A stretch of 64,000 nucleotides of DNA from a virus, in IMG/VR virus record IMGVR_UViG_3300038426_000075, positions 24,039 through 88,038 of that record. One strand, written 5' to 3'. Positions 19,558 through 28,551 of the stretch are shown piece by piece. Numbering within the stretch: the first letter of the stretch is position 1; every line of letters begins with the position of its first letter. A program made the position numbers and the translations under genes. Under the pieces are notes generated by a model. The model did not search any database, was not told where the DNA came from, and was given only the letters and a program-made list of their open reading frames with translations.

Positions 19558-20547
19558 TTAGCCGGTTAAAGCAACCCATCTTCCACCAGTGCCTGCCCCA
19601 GGAACATCATTACCAAAGAGAAGGCCACTGTCGGATGTTTCCAGACCCGTCACTCCCTGAACGACAGAGTTCTTTAAGAGAACCTTGCCAACACCTCCCG
19701 TTGTGACAATGGTAAAAGCCTGGGTTAGGTTTGCCCCAAAGTTTTGGAACATACAATCCTCGAACAGCACGAAACGATCCATGCCATAAGCCGAGATATT
19801 CATGAACACGCTGCCTACCCCACCCCACTTATCTATATTGCAGCGCCTGAAAATGTTTCTTGGGGCAAGAGTCGCAGCTGTCTGAGCACCGCCGTCAAAG
19901 TCAATTTGTGCATTGGCCACATTCCCACCTTGTATAGTGTCCACACCAATGACACAATCCTCGAAAATATTCTCACCCGTTCTGATCACCAATGAACGCA
20001 TTGCAGCATTACCGGCAGCCAATCCACCCGAGTCTAATCCGGCAGCGATATGACAGTGATTAAATCTCTGCCTGAGTCCGGTAATCAGCATACAAACTGC
20101 CGCATTGGTAATGTGAGCGCCTCCCTGCTGGAATTCTATATTCTGGAAGAAGTTGGCGTTTCCGCTTACCGTGATCATCGGAGTACATGCAGTAATCACG
20201 GTAGCGGGAACAATAATCCTTGCGCGGGGAGAATAAGGGGTTCCCTGATTGGCTCCAATGACAAAGCAGTTACTTTTATGCCAGTCAAATACTGTCGTAA
20301 TGTTATATGTTCCCGGTAGAACTATCAGAGCATCATTCCTCTGATCTTTCATGGCTGTATAGGCCGTAGGTAAATCATTGAAGATGTGATCACCCGGGAC
20401 TCTCTGGTTTGCGAGCCAGACGTGATAATTATCTCCAACGACCGTAGGATCACACAGATAGAATACATCTCCAATTCCGGGTCCTAACTGGAGAGTGCTC
20501 TGAAGCCAAAATCTTAACGATTGGGAAAGATTTCCTAATTTAATCAT
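19558..20547 (-). CDS. Beta-helix-like head decoration/spike protein
   Basis: Repeated N.F.[DNR]C motifs; two genes downstream of capsid. Confidence 0.5.
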   Translation of the reverse strand: MIKLGNLSQSLRFWLQSTLQLGPGIGDVFYLCDPTVVGDNYHVWLANQRVPGDHIFNDLPTAYTAMKDQRNDALIVLPGTYNITTVFDWHKSNCFVIGANQGTPYSPRARIIVPATVITACTPMITVSGNANFFQNIEFQQGGAHITNAAVCMLITGLRQRFNHCHIAAGLDSGGLAAGNAAMRSLVIRTGENIFEDCVIGVDTIQGGNVANAQIDFDGGAQTAATLAPRNIFRRCNIDKWGGVGSVFMNISAYGMDRFVLFEDCMFQNFGANLTQAFTIVTTGGVGKVLLKNSVVQGVTGLETSDSGLLFGNDVPGAGTGGRWVALTG

Positions 20548-20736
20548 GGTAGTCCTCCATAGTTTTCCCCTACAGGTGTTGCAATGAATTGCAACCGTAG
20601 GATACTGGTTAAATTGTTAAAGAAATGAAGACCTTCGCCATTGCCAATTCTTCTTTGCCGATCAATCAAAGGACATAACTGTCCCGATGAGCGTCGAAGA
20701 GATGGGGAGAGGAAAATCCCCTCCCCAGTTGATTGT

Positions 20737-21195
20737 TTATGCACTCTGGAGGAAGTTGCTGTTGTTAGCCTTGACTTCCGGCCTTGGATAAGCCTCGAAC
20801 CAGGGCCTCCACATCCCGGAGCCTCCACCACTATTAGCGGTGAACACCAATTCATCGCCGGCATTGAGCTTTACGGGAGCAACGACTACTACTCCGGCAA
20901 CTGTGGAGTGACAATTCTTCCAGACAATCTTCCCTAATGGAGTCAGGGTCGGAATGGTGACTACAGCCACCGCCGTTGCCGTTGCATCACCCCCAGAGCC
21001 TGGAATCAATCTCCTGGTGACGGTAATGATCATAGCACTTGTATCAAGTGTAACCAGGATCTTGGCCCCGACCGCAAAAAGATCACAGGGCTGATTCACC
21101 CTGCAAAGAACCACTGCACTTGCGGCAAAAGTGCCAATATCAGTTGATGCCACTGCTTCGTTAATCGCTTGAATTTTTGAATCTGTGTAAGCCAT
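20737..21195 (-). CDS. Putative capsid decoration/cement protein
   Basis: 152 aa beta-rich gene directly after major capsid. Confidence 0.5.
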   Translation of the reverse strand: MAYTDSKIQAINEAVASTDIGTFAASAVVLCRVNQPCDLFAVGAKILVTLDTSAMIITVTRRLIPGSGGDATATAVAVVTIPTLTPLGKIVWKNCHSTVAGVVVVAPVKLNAGDELVFTANSGGGSGMWRPWFEAYPRPEVKANNSNFLQSA

Positions 21196-21286
21196 TTTTA
21201 TTACCTCCTTATCTTTTTTGAACTACTTTAAATTCGGGTTGAGAAATAAGATGGGCCATGTTCGACCCATCCCTACAAGTAATCTC

Positions 21287-21300
21287 TACGCAGATGCGTA
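21287..21300. promoter_or_regulatory. Operator-like palindrome TACGCAGATGCGTA
   Basis: Perfect copy abutting the capsid stop codon. Confidence 0.7.
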
Positions 21301-22260
21301 TTACGAGCTGGAAATGTAGCAGCCCTTCACTTTTCCAGCTGTTGCGGTCAATGGCCAAACGAGTCCGAGGCCAAGAACCCCATACCATGCCGCTGAATTT
21401 AACCGACCATGATCCTGTCCGAAGTTAACCTGCACTCTGACCTCCGGCGTTTCCGCCTCGATCATAGCTGCAAAGTCGTCTCCGAGGATGATCCCTTCAC
21501 CAAGAACAGAATTCGTCCCCGCGTTATTTTTGAGACAGACAGTGTCCTTGATTTCGATACACCGGATACTCTCAATCTTTCCAACCTCGGAGTTATGGAA
21601 GACATCCCCTTCACGGAGATATTGCTTCCAAGTTTCAAAGTTGTCGTCATTCTTGACGCCCCTCATTGCCTTTGTGGCGAGCAATCCAATATAGTCGTCA
21701 CCCTCGTAAGGATCTACGATATAGGTGTCAGCAAAGGCATCCCTGATCGCTCCCAGATGAGCGATGTTTACGTTGACAAGGGCTGCTGTAACAATGGTCC
21801 CGGTTTCAGTGAAGGTCCCTCCTGTCAGAGAAGTAGGGGTGTATGTCAGGTAGGTGGTCTTCATGACGGTTGCCGCAAGTCGGTCCAGGGCCTTTGTCAT
21901 CTGCTTTCTGAGGGCTTTCTGAATCGGGTCCTGCGGGTCGAATTTGGAAAGCAATTGGGACATATGGCTGAATGTCACCGCACGGCCATACTCTGCAACT
22001 GTGATCGCCGTGGTGGACAGAGCAAAGTCGTCCACGGGGATCCTGTCGTGCTCCGAAAGAGCAGCACTTGTGGGCTGGGTCAAAAGATCAGCCCGGGTAA
22101 GGGTTTGTGACTCGCCGCGTTTCTTCCCGAAGCCAGGTTCGGTCCTGACGAAATCCATGAACTTGGACTCGACAATAGACTGTTCACGAAGCTTCGCACT
22201 CAAAGCATTATTCTTGTAGACGCCTGTGGGAGCGCTAAACTCCCAGGTAAAATCTGCCAT
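21301..22260 (-). CDS. Major capsid protein (HK97 fold, N4 gp56-like)
   Basis: 319 aa after scaffold; GKKRGES, ITVAEYGRAV, SEVGKIESIRCIE, DHGRLNSAAWYG motifs. Confidence 0.85.
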   Translation of the reverse strand: MADFTWEFSAPTGVYKNNALSAKLREQSIVESKFMDFVRTEPGFGKKRGESQTLTRADLLTQPTSAALSEHDRIPVDDFALSTTAITVAEYGRAVTFSHMSQLLSKFDPQDPIQKALRKQMTKALDRLAATVMKTTYLTYTPTSLTGGTFTETGTIVTAALVNVNIAHLGAIRDAFADTYIVDPYEGDDYIGLLATKAMRGVKNDDNFETWKQYLREGDVFHNSEVGKIESIRCIEIKDTVCLKNNAGTNSVLGEGIILGDDFAAMIEAETPEVRVQVNFGQDHGRLNSAAWYGVLGLGLVWPLTATAGKVKGCYISSS

Positions 22261-22274
22261 GGTTTATTTCCTCC

Positions 22275-23312
22275 TTATGGTGAGTGACGGAGTTTCCTCC
22301 TTTCGAGAGCTGCTCGTTGAGCATCGCCCATCGTATGAGAGGCCTCCGGTTCTTTTTTGGTTGTTACCTTTGAACCGCGCCCAAGGACTTCAAGATTCTC
22401 TTGGTTCTCCTTTTCCTTAAGGGCACGTTCCCTTTCCTCGCCTCTGAGTTCATCAACGAAGTCTTTGCATAACTTGGCGGTCTCTTTGATCTGGTCTTCC
22501 ATAGGGAGTGATTTTGAGACGTCCGTTGAGAAGTCCCAGAACAGTCGAAGAATACGTTCCTTCTCCTTCGGACTGGTCTTGTCAGAAATCAAGCCAGCCT
22601 CTTCCAAGGCGGTATCGACTGCGGATATAACGGCCTCCTTGTTTCTCTTGGCTTCTTCACGCTCCTCGAATGCGAGATTGGCAATCTCGGTTTGTGCCTC
22701 GGCCCAAACAAGGGCTACCTTTCCGTTATATTCCCCCATCTTCTTCTGGTAGTCGGCCCACTTGGTATCAAACTCCGGATCGTCTCGATCCTGTGGTGGC
22801 ACGGGAGATGGTATGGCCGCGGCCTTGGCAATGGTATCATCGGCAACCTTCTGGCGTTTCACACTCCATGGGTTTTCGGCAGCGGCTGTGACCGGGGCTT
22901 TACTGGCGGCTTCGTCCACGCGCTTTTGAAGATCTGAAACAACGGTTTCCAGCTTCTTAGCCTTTGTGGTAGCCTCCGTCATCTTCTTTTTGGCCTCTTT
23001 GACAGCCTTCTCAGCAGCTGCTTGGTCCTTGTACTCAAGGCGGGCCTCTTCTTCTTCCTTTTCCTTACCCTCACCCTCGACCTTCTTCAGCTCTTCAGCC
23101 GCTCGATCCTCTTCAGCCTTCTTCTGCCTTGCCTTTTTTTCCTCCACTTCCTTTTCGACCGCTTCGGCACCTATTGCTCCGTGCTCGGGAGATCCCTCAA
23201 ACTTGGCTTTGGACGAATCCTCACCGGGGTCCGCGCCAATCGGGGTATTCCCTTCGTCGGGGTCAAAATCGTCATCCAGATTCAAATCTTTTGCCGTCAA
23301 TGTCTTTGCCAT
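22275..23312 (-). CDS. Scaffold protein
   Basis: Acidic coiled-coil protein with basic C-tail, directly upstream of capsid; start MAKTL with GGAGAG RBS. Confidence 0.7.
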   Translation of the reverse strand: MAKTLTAKDLNLDDDFDPDEGNTPIGADPGEDSSKAKFEGSPEHGAIGAEAVEKEVEEKKARQKKAEEDRAAEELKKVEGEGKEKEEEEARLEYKDQAAAEKAVKEAKKKMTEATTKAKKLETVVSDLQKRVDEAASKAPVTAAAENPWSVKRQKVADDTIAKAAAIPSPVPPQDRDDPEFDTKWADYQKKMGEYNGKVALVWAEAQTEIANLAFEEREEAKRNKEAVISAVDTALEEAGLISDKTSPKEKERILRLFWDFSTDVSKSLPMEDQIKETAKLCKDFVDELRGEERERALKEKENQENLEVLGRGSKVTTKKEPEASHTMGDAQRAALERRKLRHSP

Positions 23313-23383
23313 CGTTTTCACTCTCTCCGAGAGTCCATTTCTGGGTCGGAGTCCTTTCTTGTATTTCCAAGTGCGAATCCTTG

Positions 23384-23397
23384 TACGCATTTGCGTA
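23384..23397. promoter_or_regulatory. Operator-like palindrome TACGCATTTGCGTA
   Basis: Perfect copy in scaffold leader. Confidence 0.7.
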
Positions 23398-23429
23398 TTC
23401 AGGGGCACTGTGGATGCTGTGTAGGCAAC

Positions 23430-23480
23430 AAAAAAGGCGGTCAGACATGAGTGTCGTGGCACCCACGAATGCCGCCTTTT
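23430..23480 (-). terminator. Branched terminator/attenuator-like structure
   Basis: GGCGG...inner TCGTGG/CCACGA hairpin...CCGCC followed by TTTTTT. Confidence 0.55.
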
Positions 23481-23545
23481 TCCAGAATATCTGCCCACTA
23501 AGTGATCAACTTAGTGAGGTTGCTTTTATTATTTCCTATTCAAAT

Positions 23546-23968
23546 CTATATATGTTCATTTCGATCTTTTTCTCTCCACTCTCTTTGATATTCATTATGG
23601 GCCTCATTACACGCTGAACATCTACAGTCTCTATAAGAATATCCAGAATGTGTTCCGTGTGAAATTGGACCTTTCTGTTCCTTTCTGTTCTGCATTGAAT
23701 TGCAACTCAAATGAGCGAAAGCAATGTTATCCATATCCCAAAATAGATTGACATCAACACCCAACCATTTCCGCTTATGCTCAACTGATAAATCTCTGAC
23801 GGTATCAATGAGTTTGCCACATAAATAACACTTATTAAGATCATATTTTTTTAAAAGATCGAATAAAATCATCTTTCTTAGTCGATGGGTTGCCGTTCCA
23901 AAGGACATACCCAAAAAATCACTCTTCCTTTTGTTACATTTCCAATGATTTTCCTTTGTATCCCCCAT
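23546..23968 (-). CDS. HNH endonuclease
   Basis: CYLC...SVEHK...NIAFAHLSCN, C-terminal HGT..Y...CRC..C. Confidence 0.8.
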   Translation of the reverse strand: MGDTKENHWKCNKRKSDFLGMSFGTATHRLRKMILFDLLKKYDLNKCYLCGKLIDTVRDLSVEHKRKWLGVDVNLFWDMDNIAFAHLSCNSMQNRKEQKGPISHGTHSGYSYRDCRCSACNEAHNEYQREWREKDRNEHI

Positions 23969-24018
23969 GCTTTGACCTCCGTCTTTGATGGGAATTTTTG
24001 TTACTTTATCTTTCTATA

Positions 24019-24095
24019 TGGTAGCGGGAGCCAGATTCGCACTGGCGACCTCCGGGGTATGAGCCCGGCGCGCTTACTGCCTGCGCCATCCCGCA
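24019..24095 (-). tRNA. tRNA-Met (CAT), initiator-like
   Basis: TGCGGGATGGCGCAGGCAGTAAGCGCGCCGGGCTCATACCCCGGAGGTCGCCAGTGCGAATCTGGCTCCCGCTACCA folds as a cloverleaf; 1:72 mismatch, three G-C pairs in anticodon stem, encoded CCA. Confidence 0.9.
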
Positions 24096-24124
24096 ATCTA
24101 TTCTATATTTGGTATTTCCCTTGC

Positions 24125-24466
24125 TTACCTTCCCAATCTTATCCGCGTCAACCTTTTGGCTGCCGCTTCTCCAATTTGGATATCTCGTCCAAGTTTATCA
24201 AGCATTCCCAAAAGTGTGAGTGCTTTAGGATCAGCATTTAACAACTCCTCTATCCTTTGCTGCAAGTCCTTTTCGATCATGGCCACAAAAAACTTTCCAG
24301 CCCTCGTCTTTAGTTTCTGTTCGGCCTCCATGCCAGCAGAGGCATCCGCTTCAAGCTGGCCCTCCAATAGTTTTTCTCTCTCGGTAGGACCCTTGTTTCT
24401 TGGCCTTCCACTCATGATATCAACTGCCATCCCACCAATGATGCTATCGCTCATGCCTCTCTCCAA
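24125..24466 (-). CDS. Hypothetical helical protein
   Basis: ORF track; coupled to neighbours. Confidence 0.55.
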   Translation of the reverse strand: MERGMSDSIIGGMAVDIMSGRPRNKGPTEREKLLEGQLEADASAGMEAEQKLKTRAGKFFVAMIEKDLQQRIEELLNADPKALTLLGMLDKLGRDIQIGEAAAKRLTRIRLGR

Positions 24467-24696
24467 ATTCCTTTTTCAAGAAACCCATGCCATTTATGTT
24501 CACCCTCATCGAGCAGAATCGAAGGTGAAACTGTTATTGTTCCATCCTCATGCTCGGTAACTTCATGATTGATTAAACTTCCCATATGGCATCCAGGTGG
24601 TCTCATATACCATGTGCCGTACTTATCCTTCCCATACTCACCCTCACACAAAAGAAGGTTTCCCTTTTCGTCTGGATAAGCCCTTCGCCCAATCAT
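24451..24696 (-). CDS. Small conserved protein (DUF6527-like)
   Basis: EHEDGTITVSPSI...WHGFLEKGIW motif. Confidence 0.55.
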   Translation of the reverse strand: MIGRRAYPDEKGNLLLCEGEYGKDKYGTWYMRPPGCHMGSLINHEVTEHEDGTITVSPSILLDEGEHKWHGFLEKGIWREA

Positions 24697-24938
24697 CTCC
24701 CCTTCCTCTTCTTTGGGGCATATGAACTCAGGGACGATCCTCGACCGATCGATGGAAACTTAGCCTTTACCGCAGCCCTAACTCTCGATTCAACCGGCTT
24801 ACCAGAGGCTCGAGCCAATGCATTCCTAGCATGGCTAATATTTTGAATCGGATATGAGCCTGATCCTGGTGCCTTGCTTGGTATCGCAAATTGACTCTTG
24901 GAAAGTTTTTTCCTTTCGGAATAGCTTAACTTTGCCAT
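24693..24938 (-). CDS. Small basic head-associated protein
   Basis: ERKKL..SQFAIP...YPIQNISHARNALAR motif common in phage head regions. Confidence 0.6.
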   Translation of the reverse strand: MAKLSYSERKKLSKSQFAIPSKAPGSGSYPIQNISHARNALARASGKPVESRVRAAVKAKFPSIGRGSSLSSYAPKKRKGR

Positions 24939-24964
24939 TTCATTCCTCCTGAGGAACATTGAAA

Positions 24965-25267
24965 TTAAACAGGAATTCTCTTCTTACCCCTCTTTGCCTT
25001 CTTGCCAGTCGGCATGAATCCCGCCAAAGGCGTACCTCTCATTTTCATAACCTTCGATCTCCCGGGAGAAACAGGCCCGCCTTTAGCCCTCGGAATTAAC
25101 GGCTCTTTTAGCTGACGAACTGCCCACGGTTTTGGACCCGTATAAGGAAGAGCAACTCCTCCCTGTGCAACACGATCTTTCATGCTCTTTCCGTAAGGTT
25201 TGTACTTCGGTACAGGAGTGCTGACTCCAATAGCTTCGTTATACTTTTCAAACGGATCTCTTGCCAT
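24965..25267 (-). CDS. Small basic (Lys/Arg/Pro) protein
   Basis: 100 aa; C-terminus similar to that of the next gene. Confidence 0.6.
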   Translation of the reverse strand: MARDPFEKYNEAIGVSTPVPKYKPYGKSMKDRVAQGGVALPYTGPKPWAVRQLKEPLIPRAKGGPVSPGRSKVMKMRGTPLAGFMPTGKKAKRGKKRIPV

Positions 25268-25289
25268 CGTCTTTCCCCTTCACTTGAAA

Positions 25290-25529
25290 TTAGACTGCAA
25301 GCCTCTTCTGGCCTTTCTTTCCCCGCTTCGCCTTTTTGGGTGAAGGCATAAATGCAGAAAGCGGCCTTCCCCTCGTTTTCATCAGGGACCGTCCGGGGAG
25401 TCCAGTCATAGGTGCAGCACCTAGACCGGATGCGGGTGGTGACGCTGGCATAGGCATTCTACCAGCCATGGGATTCATTCCCGGGGTACTCGGTCCTCCA
25501 AGCGGAATTCGTTGCTTTTTTCTAGCCAT
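25290..25529 (-). CDS. Small basic Pro/Met-rich protein
   Basis: 79 aa, GGAGG RBS. Confidence 0.6.
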   Translation of the reverse strand: MARKKQRIPLGGPSTPGMNPMAGRMPMPASPPASGLGAAPMTGLPGRSLMKTRGRPLSAFMPSPKKAKRGKKGQKRLAV

Positions 25530-25533
25530 TTCA

Positions 25534-25710
25534 TTACCTCCCTTTCTTTTTTTTCTTCTTATAGGGCAACCCCTTATCGGGTGTTGCTGCGAAATCGTGT
25601 AGGGCTACTCCGGTCATCTTGAGAATCCCCCGATTCTTCTTATAGACCTTCTCGGGATGATGTTCGGCAAGTCTGGCCAACCTGCCCATTGCTATTGATT
25701 CTGCTGGCAT
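25534..25710 (-). CDS. Small basic protein (58 aa)
   Basis: MPAESIAMGR...KMTGVALHDFAATPDKGLP...KKKKKKGR. Confidence 0.6.
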   Translation of the reverse strand: MPAESIAMGRLARLAEHHPEKVYKKNRGILKMTGVALHDFAATPDKGLPYKKKKKKGR

Positions 25711-25718
25711 CTTACCCC

Positions 25719-26018
25719 CTATGTGATGTGAACCCCTGCTAATGCAGCGAGAATCAGGACGATCCAGATGATGGCGATGATACAGACAATGAATTTGAGT
25801 ATCTTCGGAAGAAGAGCCCAAATTTTTGCCATCTCTCTTGCCCAATAACCAATCGCCCACAAAGCAATTCCTGCCAAAATGCAGATCACGATAATCAGAA
25901 TGAGGGGGCCTAAAAACCTCGATACGTTGATGCTGCCCCCTGCAAAGGCAACGCTCGGTAAGCTGCATACTGCCATAGCCAATAACCAAAGCCATCCATT
26001 CCTGAGAGATTTAAACAT
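25719..26018 (-). CDS. Membrane protein with signal peptide and two TM helices
   Basis: ...SVAFA/GG cleavage-like site followed by two hydrophobic spans. Confidence 0.65.
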   Translation of the reverse strand: MFKSLRNGWLWLLAMAVCSLPSVAFAGGSINVSRFLGPLILIIVICILAGIALWAIGYWAREMAKIWALLPKILKFIVCIIAIIWIVLILAALAGVHIT

Positions 26019-26030
26019 GGTTTTCTCCTT

Positions 26031-26372
26031 TCAATTTAGTTTCTTGAAATTTCTCGTCCCGATATTGTCCCTGCCGTTATACATCCGAACAGGTTTCCAC
26101 GTGGAGTATTTAACTGGCCTACCGTCTGTATTTCGCATCTTCATCACCCGGTCAAATTTTGGTTTCTCTTTGAACAGATTAGATAAATCCTCTTCTTCCT
26201 TTTCCCTTTGGAGCTGAGTAAGAGTAAGAAGCAAACGATCAACCTGATTAGTGTCTGGCCCCGCCGTGCTTGTCGTGGAGCCGGTGCTCGGCAAATAAGT
26301 GGCCGTGGTCCTGGGCGTTTCCGACACTGTTACGTATACAGGGACCATGCCTCCTCCTCTCCCTTGGAGCAT
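26031..26372 (-). CDS. Hypothetical protein
   Basis: ORF track; true start may lie further upstream. Confidence 0.4.
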   Translation of the reverse strand: MLQGRGGGMVPVYVTVSETPRTTATYLPSTGSTTSTAGPDTNQVDRLLLTLTQLQREKEEEDLSNLFKEKPKFDRVMKMRNTDGRPVKYSTWKPVRMYNGRDNIGTRNFKKLN

Positions 26373-26410
26373 ATTATTAATATAATCTTTTTCATGTTTA
26401 TCCTCTCCTC

Positions 26411-27970
26411 CTATCTAAAACTAAACCCTTGACCAGTGATTCCTTGTAAAGCTGGAGGTGTCCACTCGAATGCCCCCATATCCCAGGCTGGGCCTTGGGG
26501 ACGGGGGATGCCATCTTTATCAGTGGTAAAGGTTGCAGATAAATCCAGTCCCCCATCTCTCACATGACCTGTTCCTTGTGGAGAAGAAGAGGTAAGTTTG
26601 TAACTTGCATCCCAGGCAGGATTTTCGATAATGTTCCCATCTGCCGTTCCTGTCCATGTATCATTGAGATATGCAATTGTTCTCGTTGCTCCATCAAGAT
26701 AAACAGCTGTATCGGCTGCCTTATAGAAATCATTGTTTTGTACGGTGATGGAATTTGATGCAAGCAATTCACTAAACGCATATCCTGTACCACCTATATA
26801 GACAATGTTATTTTTTATAAGATTTCCATCTCCAGCATCTGACTCTATTTTAATTCCAGAATTGGCCGTAGCACTATTTGGTATGATGGCATTGTTATAA
26901 ATCAGATTACTTGCCGATGAACTCTGAATCATTATTTCAGAGTAAGTAGAAGAATTATAATCTGTCAGATTATTATATACAACATTGTTATAAATGACAT
27001 TTGAATTTGAAGTCTGAGCAATTTCAATTCCGTAATATTTATTTCCATAGACTGTATTTCCATAAACTGAGTTTGAATTGCATGAAGTGACTAACTGGAT
27101 ACCTCTATTTCCCGATTCCCATCCTGTATTATTATAGATGGTATTATTATAAACCAAATTGCCGACCATAGAATTCAGGGCTATCCCATTGCCAGCACAG
27201 TTATAGATTGTGTTATTGTAGAAAGAGTTTCCGTTCGGAGGATTAGCTTCAAACCCTTGTCCTGACGCACTTATTCCATTTGCCCCTGCAGTGATGGTAT
27301 TATAAATGATGTTGTACCTAATAATATTATTATCCGCACCATAACCACTAAGTTTAACTCCGTAGTAATTTATACCGTGAATAAGGCAATACTCAACAAT
27401 ACAGGCTTTTGGCCCATCTTCGGTAGAAGCATTTCCAAGATTCTCAGCCGTGATTCCTTCAAGTTTGATTCCCTGATAGACCTGGTAATTGTTATTCCGA
27501 ATCTCTAAATTCTTCAACCAGATATGATCCCCACCTATTACCTTAATAATATTATAAGCAGCATCTCCTCCGTCAAAGACAATGTGATGACCTACATCAC
27601 TACCAGAACCATCCCATTTCACATACTGAACAATATTAAGAGTATCCCCAATTTCTATCATATTGATATGGCTTGCCGTGGAGATAGTAACATCCTCATT
27701 CTGATAATTAGAGAAGGTAACATAGTTTCCAGCACTTCCATCATCGGCAGAAGTGATAACAATGGCAGAGGTTATTACATAGGTTCCAGACCTAATATAA
27801 ATATTGTCTCCTCCAGCCAAAGTTTTATTATCAATGACAGTTTGAACCGTTAGGCAGGGAGAAGCAAAACTGCAAGTCGTTCCACTTCCTGTCGTGGCAA
27901 CATAGTAATCCGTTGCGAAAACTGGAGAGGCTCCGATTAGAAATAAAACCAAAATGATTAACTTTCTCAT
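26411..27970 (-). CDS. Secreted right-handed beta-helix (pectin-lyase-like) protein
   Basis: Signal peptide MRKLIILVLFLIGASPVFA/TDYYV; many NNTIYN rungs; C-terminal DKDGIPRPQGPAWDMGAFE. Confidence 0.8.
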   Translation of the reverse strand: MRKLIILVLFLIGASPVFATDYYVATTGSGTTCSFASPCLTVQTVIDNKTLAGGDNIYIRSGTYVITSAIVITSADDGSAGNYVTFSNYQNEDVTISTASHINMIEIGDTLNIVQYVKWDGSGSDVGHHIVFDGGDAAYNIIKVIGGDHIWLKNLEIRNNNYQVYQGIKLEGITAENLGNASTEDGPKACIVEYCLIHGINYYGVKLSGYGADNNIIRYNIIYNTITAGANGISASGQGFEANPPNGNSFYNNTIYNCAGNGIALNSMVGNLVYNNTIYNNTGWESGNRGIQLVTSCNSNSVYGNTVYGNKYYGIEIAQTSNSNVIYNNVVYNNLTDYNSSTYSEIMIQSSSASNLIYNNAIIPNSATANSGIKIESDAGDGNLIKNNIVYIGGTGYAFSELLASNSITVQNNDFYKAADTAVYLDGATRTIAYLNDTWTGTADGNIIENPAWDASYKLTSSSPQGTGHVRDGGLDLSATFTTDKDGIPRPQGPAWDMGAFEWTPPALQGITGQGFSFR

Positions 27971-28542
27971 GACGGATTACCTGCTTGATTATTAAAAATA
28001 ATGGCAAGTGGTCTACTACTTACCAAAGTTGCTCCCGAAACATTGTCTCCACAATTATATACATGAGTGACACCATAAGTATCTGGAATACCTGTCGCAA
28101 ATGCCCCCGCAACCATAGTTATTGATGATCCAGTAACTTGTAATCCTAACCAATATGTTGTCGCTGCTAAAATTGTAGTGGATGATGATAGGGCCACGTT
28201 AATCCATGTTGCTGAGGATATCGCACCGAGACCTGTGGGTGCCGTTAATTTGATAGCGGTTCCAGAAGAATCCCAGATTGTGATACAAACCGTTTCATCT
28301 CCCGAAGCGGTTAGAACTAATATATGGGCATAACTTATCGTTCCGGCAGTTGTCGTAACGTAATCCGAATACACAATTTTAGTAGTAAGACATTCTAGCG
28401 AGTCTGCATTCGTAGTGCCGCCAATCAGACCATTTGCACCACCCGCAGCCACTCCTCCCCCAACCACTCCTTGCATCATTACCTGACCAAAACAAGGAGT
28501 TGCGATTAATAATAAAAGTAAGAGAAAAATTAACTTTTTCAT
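27967..28542 (-). CDS. Secreted beta-sandwich protein
   Basis: Signal peptide MKKLIFLLLLLLIATPCFG/Q; Gly linker; W...TTYWLG motif. Confidence 0.7.
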   Translation of the reverse strand: MKKLIFLLLLLLIATPCFGQVMMQGVVGGGVAAGGANGLIGGTTNADSLECLTTKIVYSDYVTTTAGTISYAHILVLTASGDETVCITIWDSSGTAIKLTAPTGLGAISSATWINVALSSSTTILAATTYWLGLQVTGSSITMVAGAFATGIPDTYGVTHVYNCGDNVSGATLVSSRPLAIIFNNQAGNPS

Positions 28543-28551
28543 GTTGACTCC

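Noticed and set aside
21409-22110. Long plus-strand ORFs opposite capsid, ATP-grasp, portal and terminase genes (also 32110-32814, 43096-43542)
   Set aside because: Antisense shadows of well-supported genes, with no recognisable motifs
23313-23498. N-terminal extension of the scaffold ORF
   Set aside because: Runs through the terminator-like structure and operator; RBS supports start at 23312
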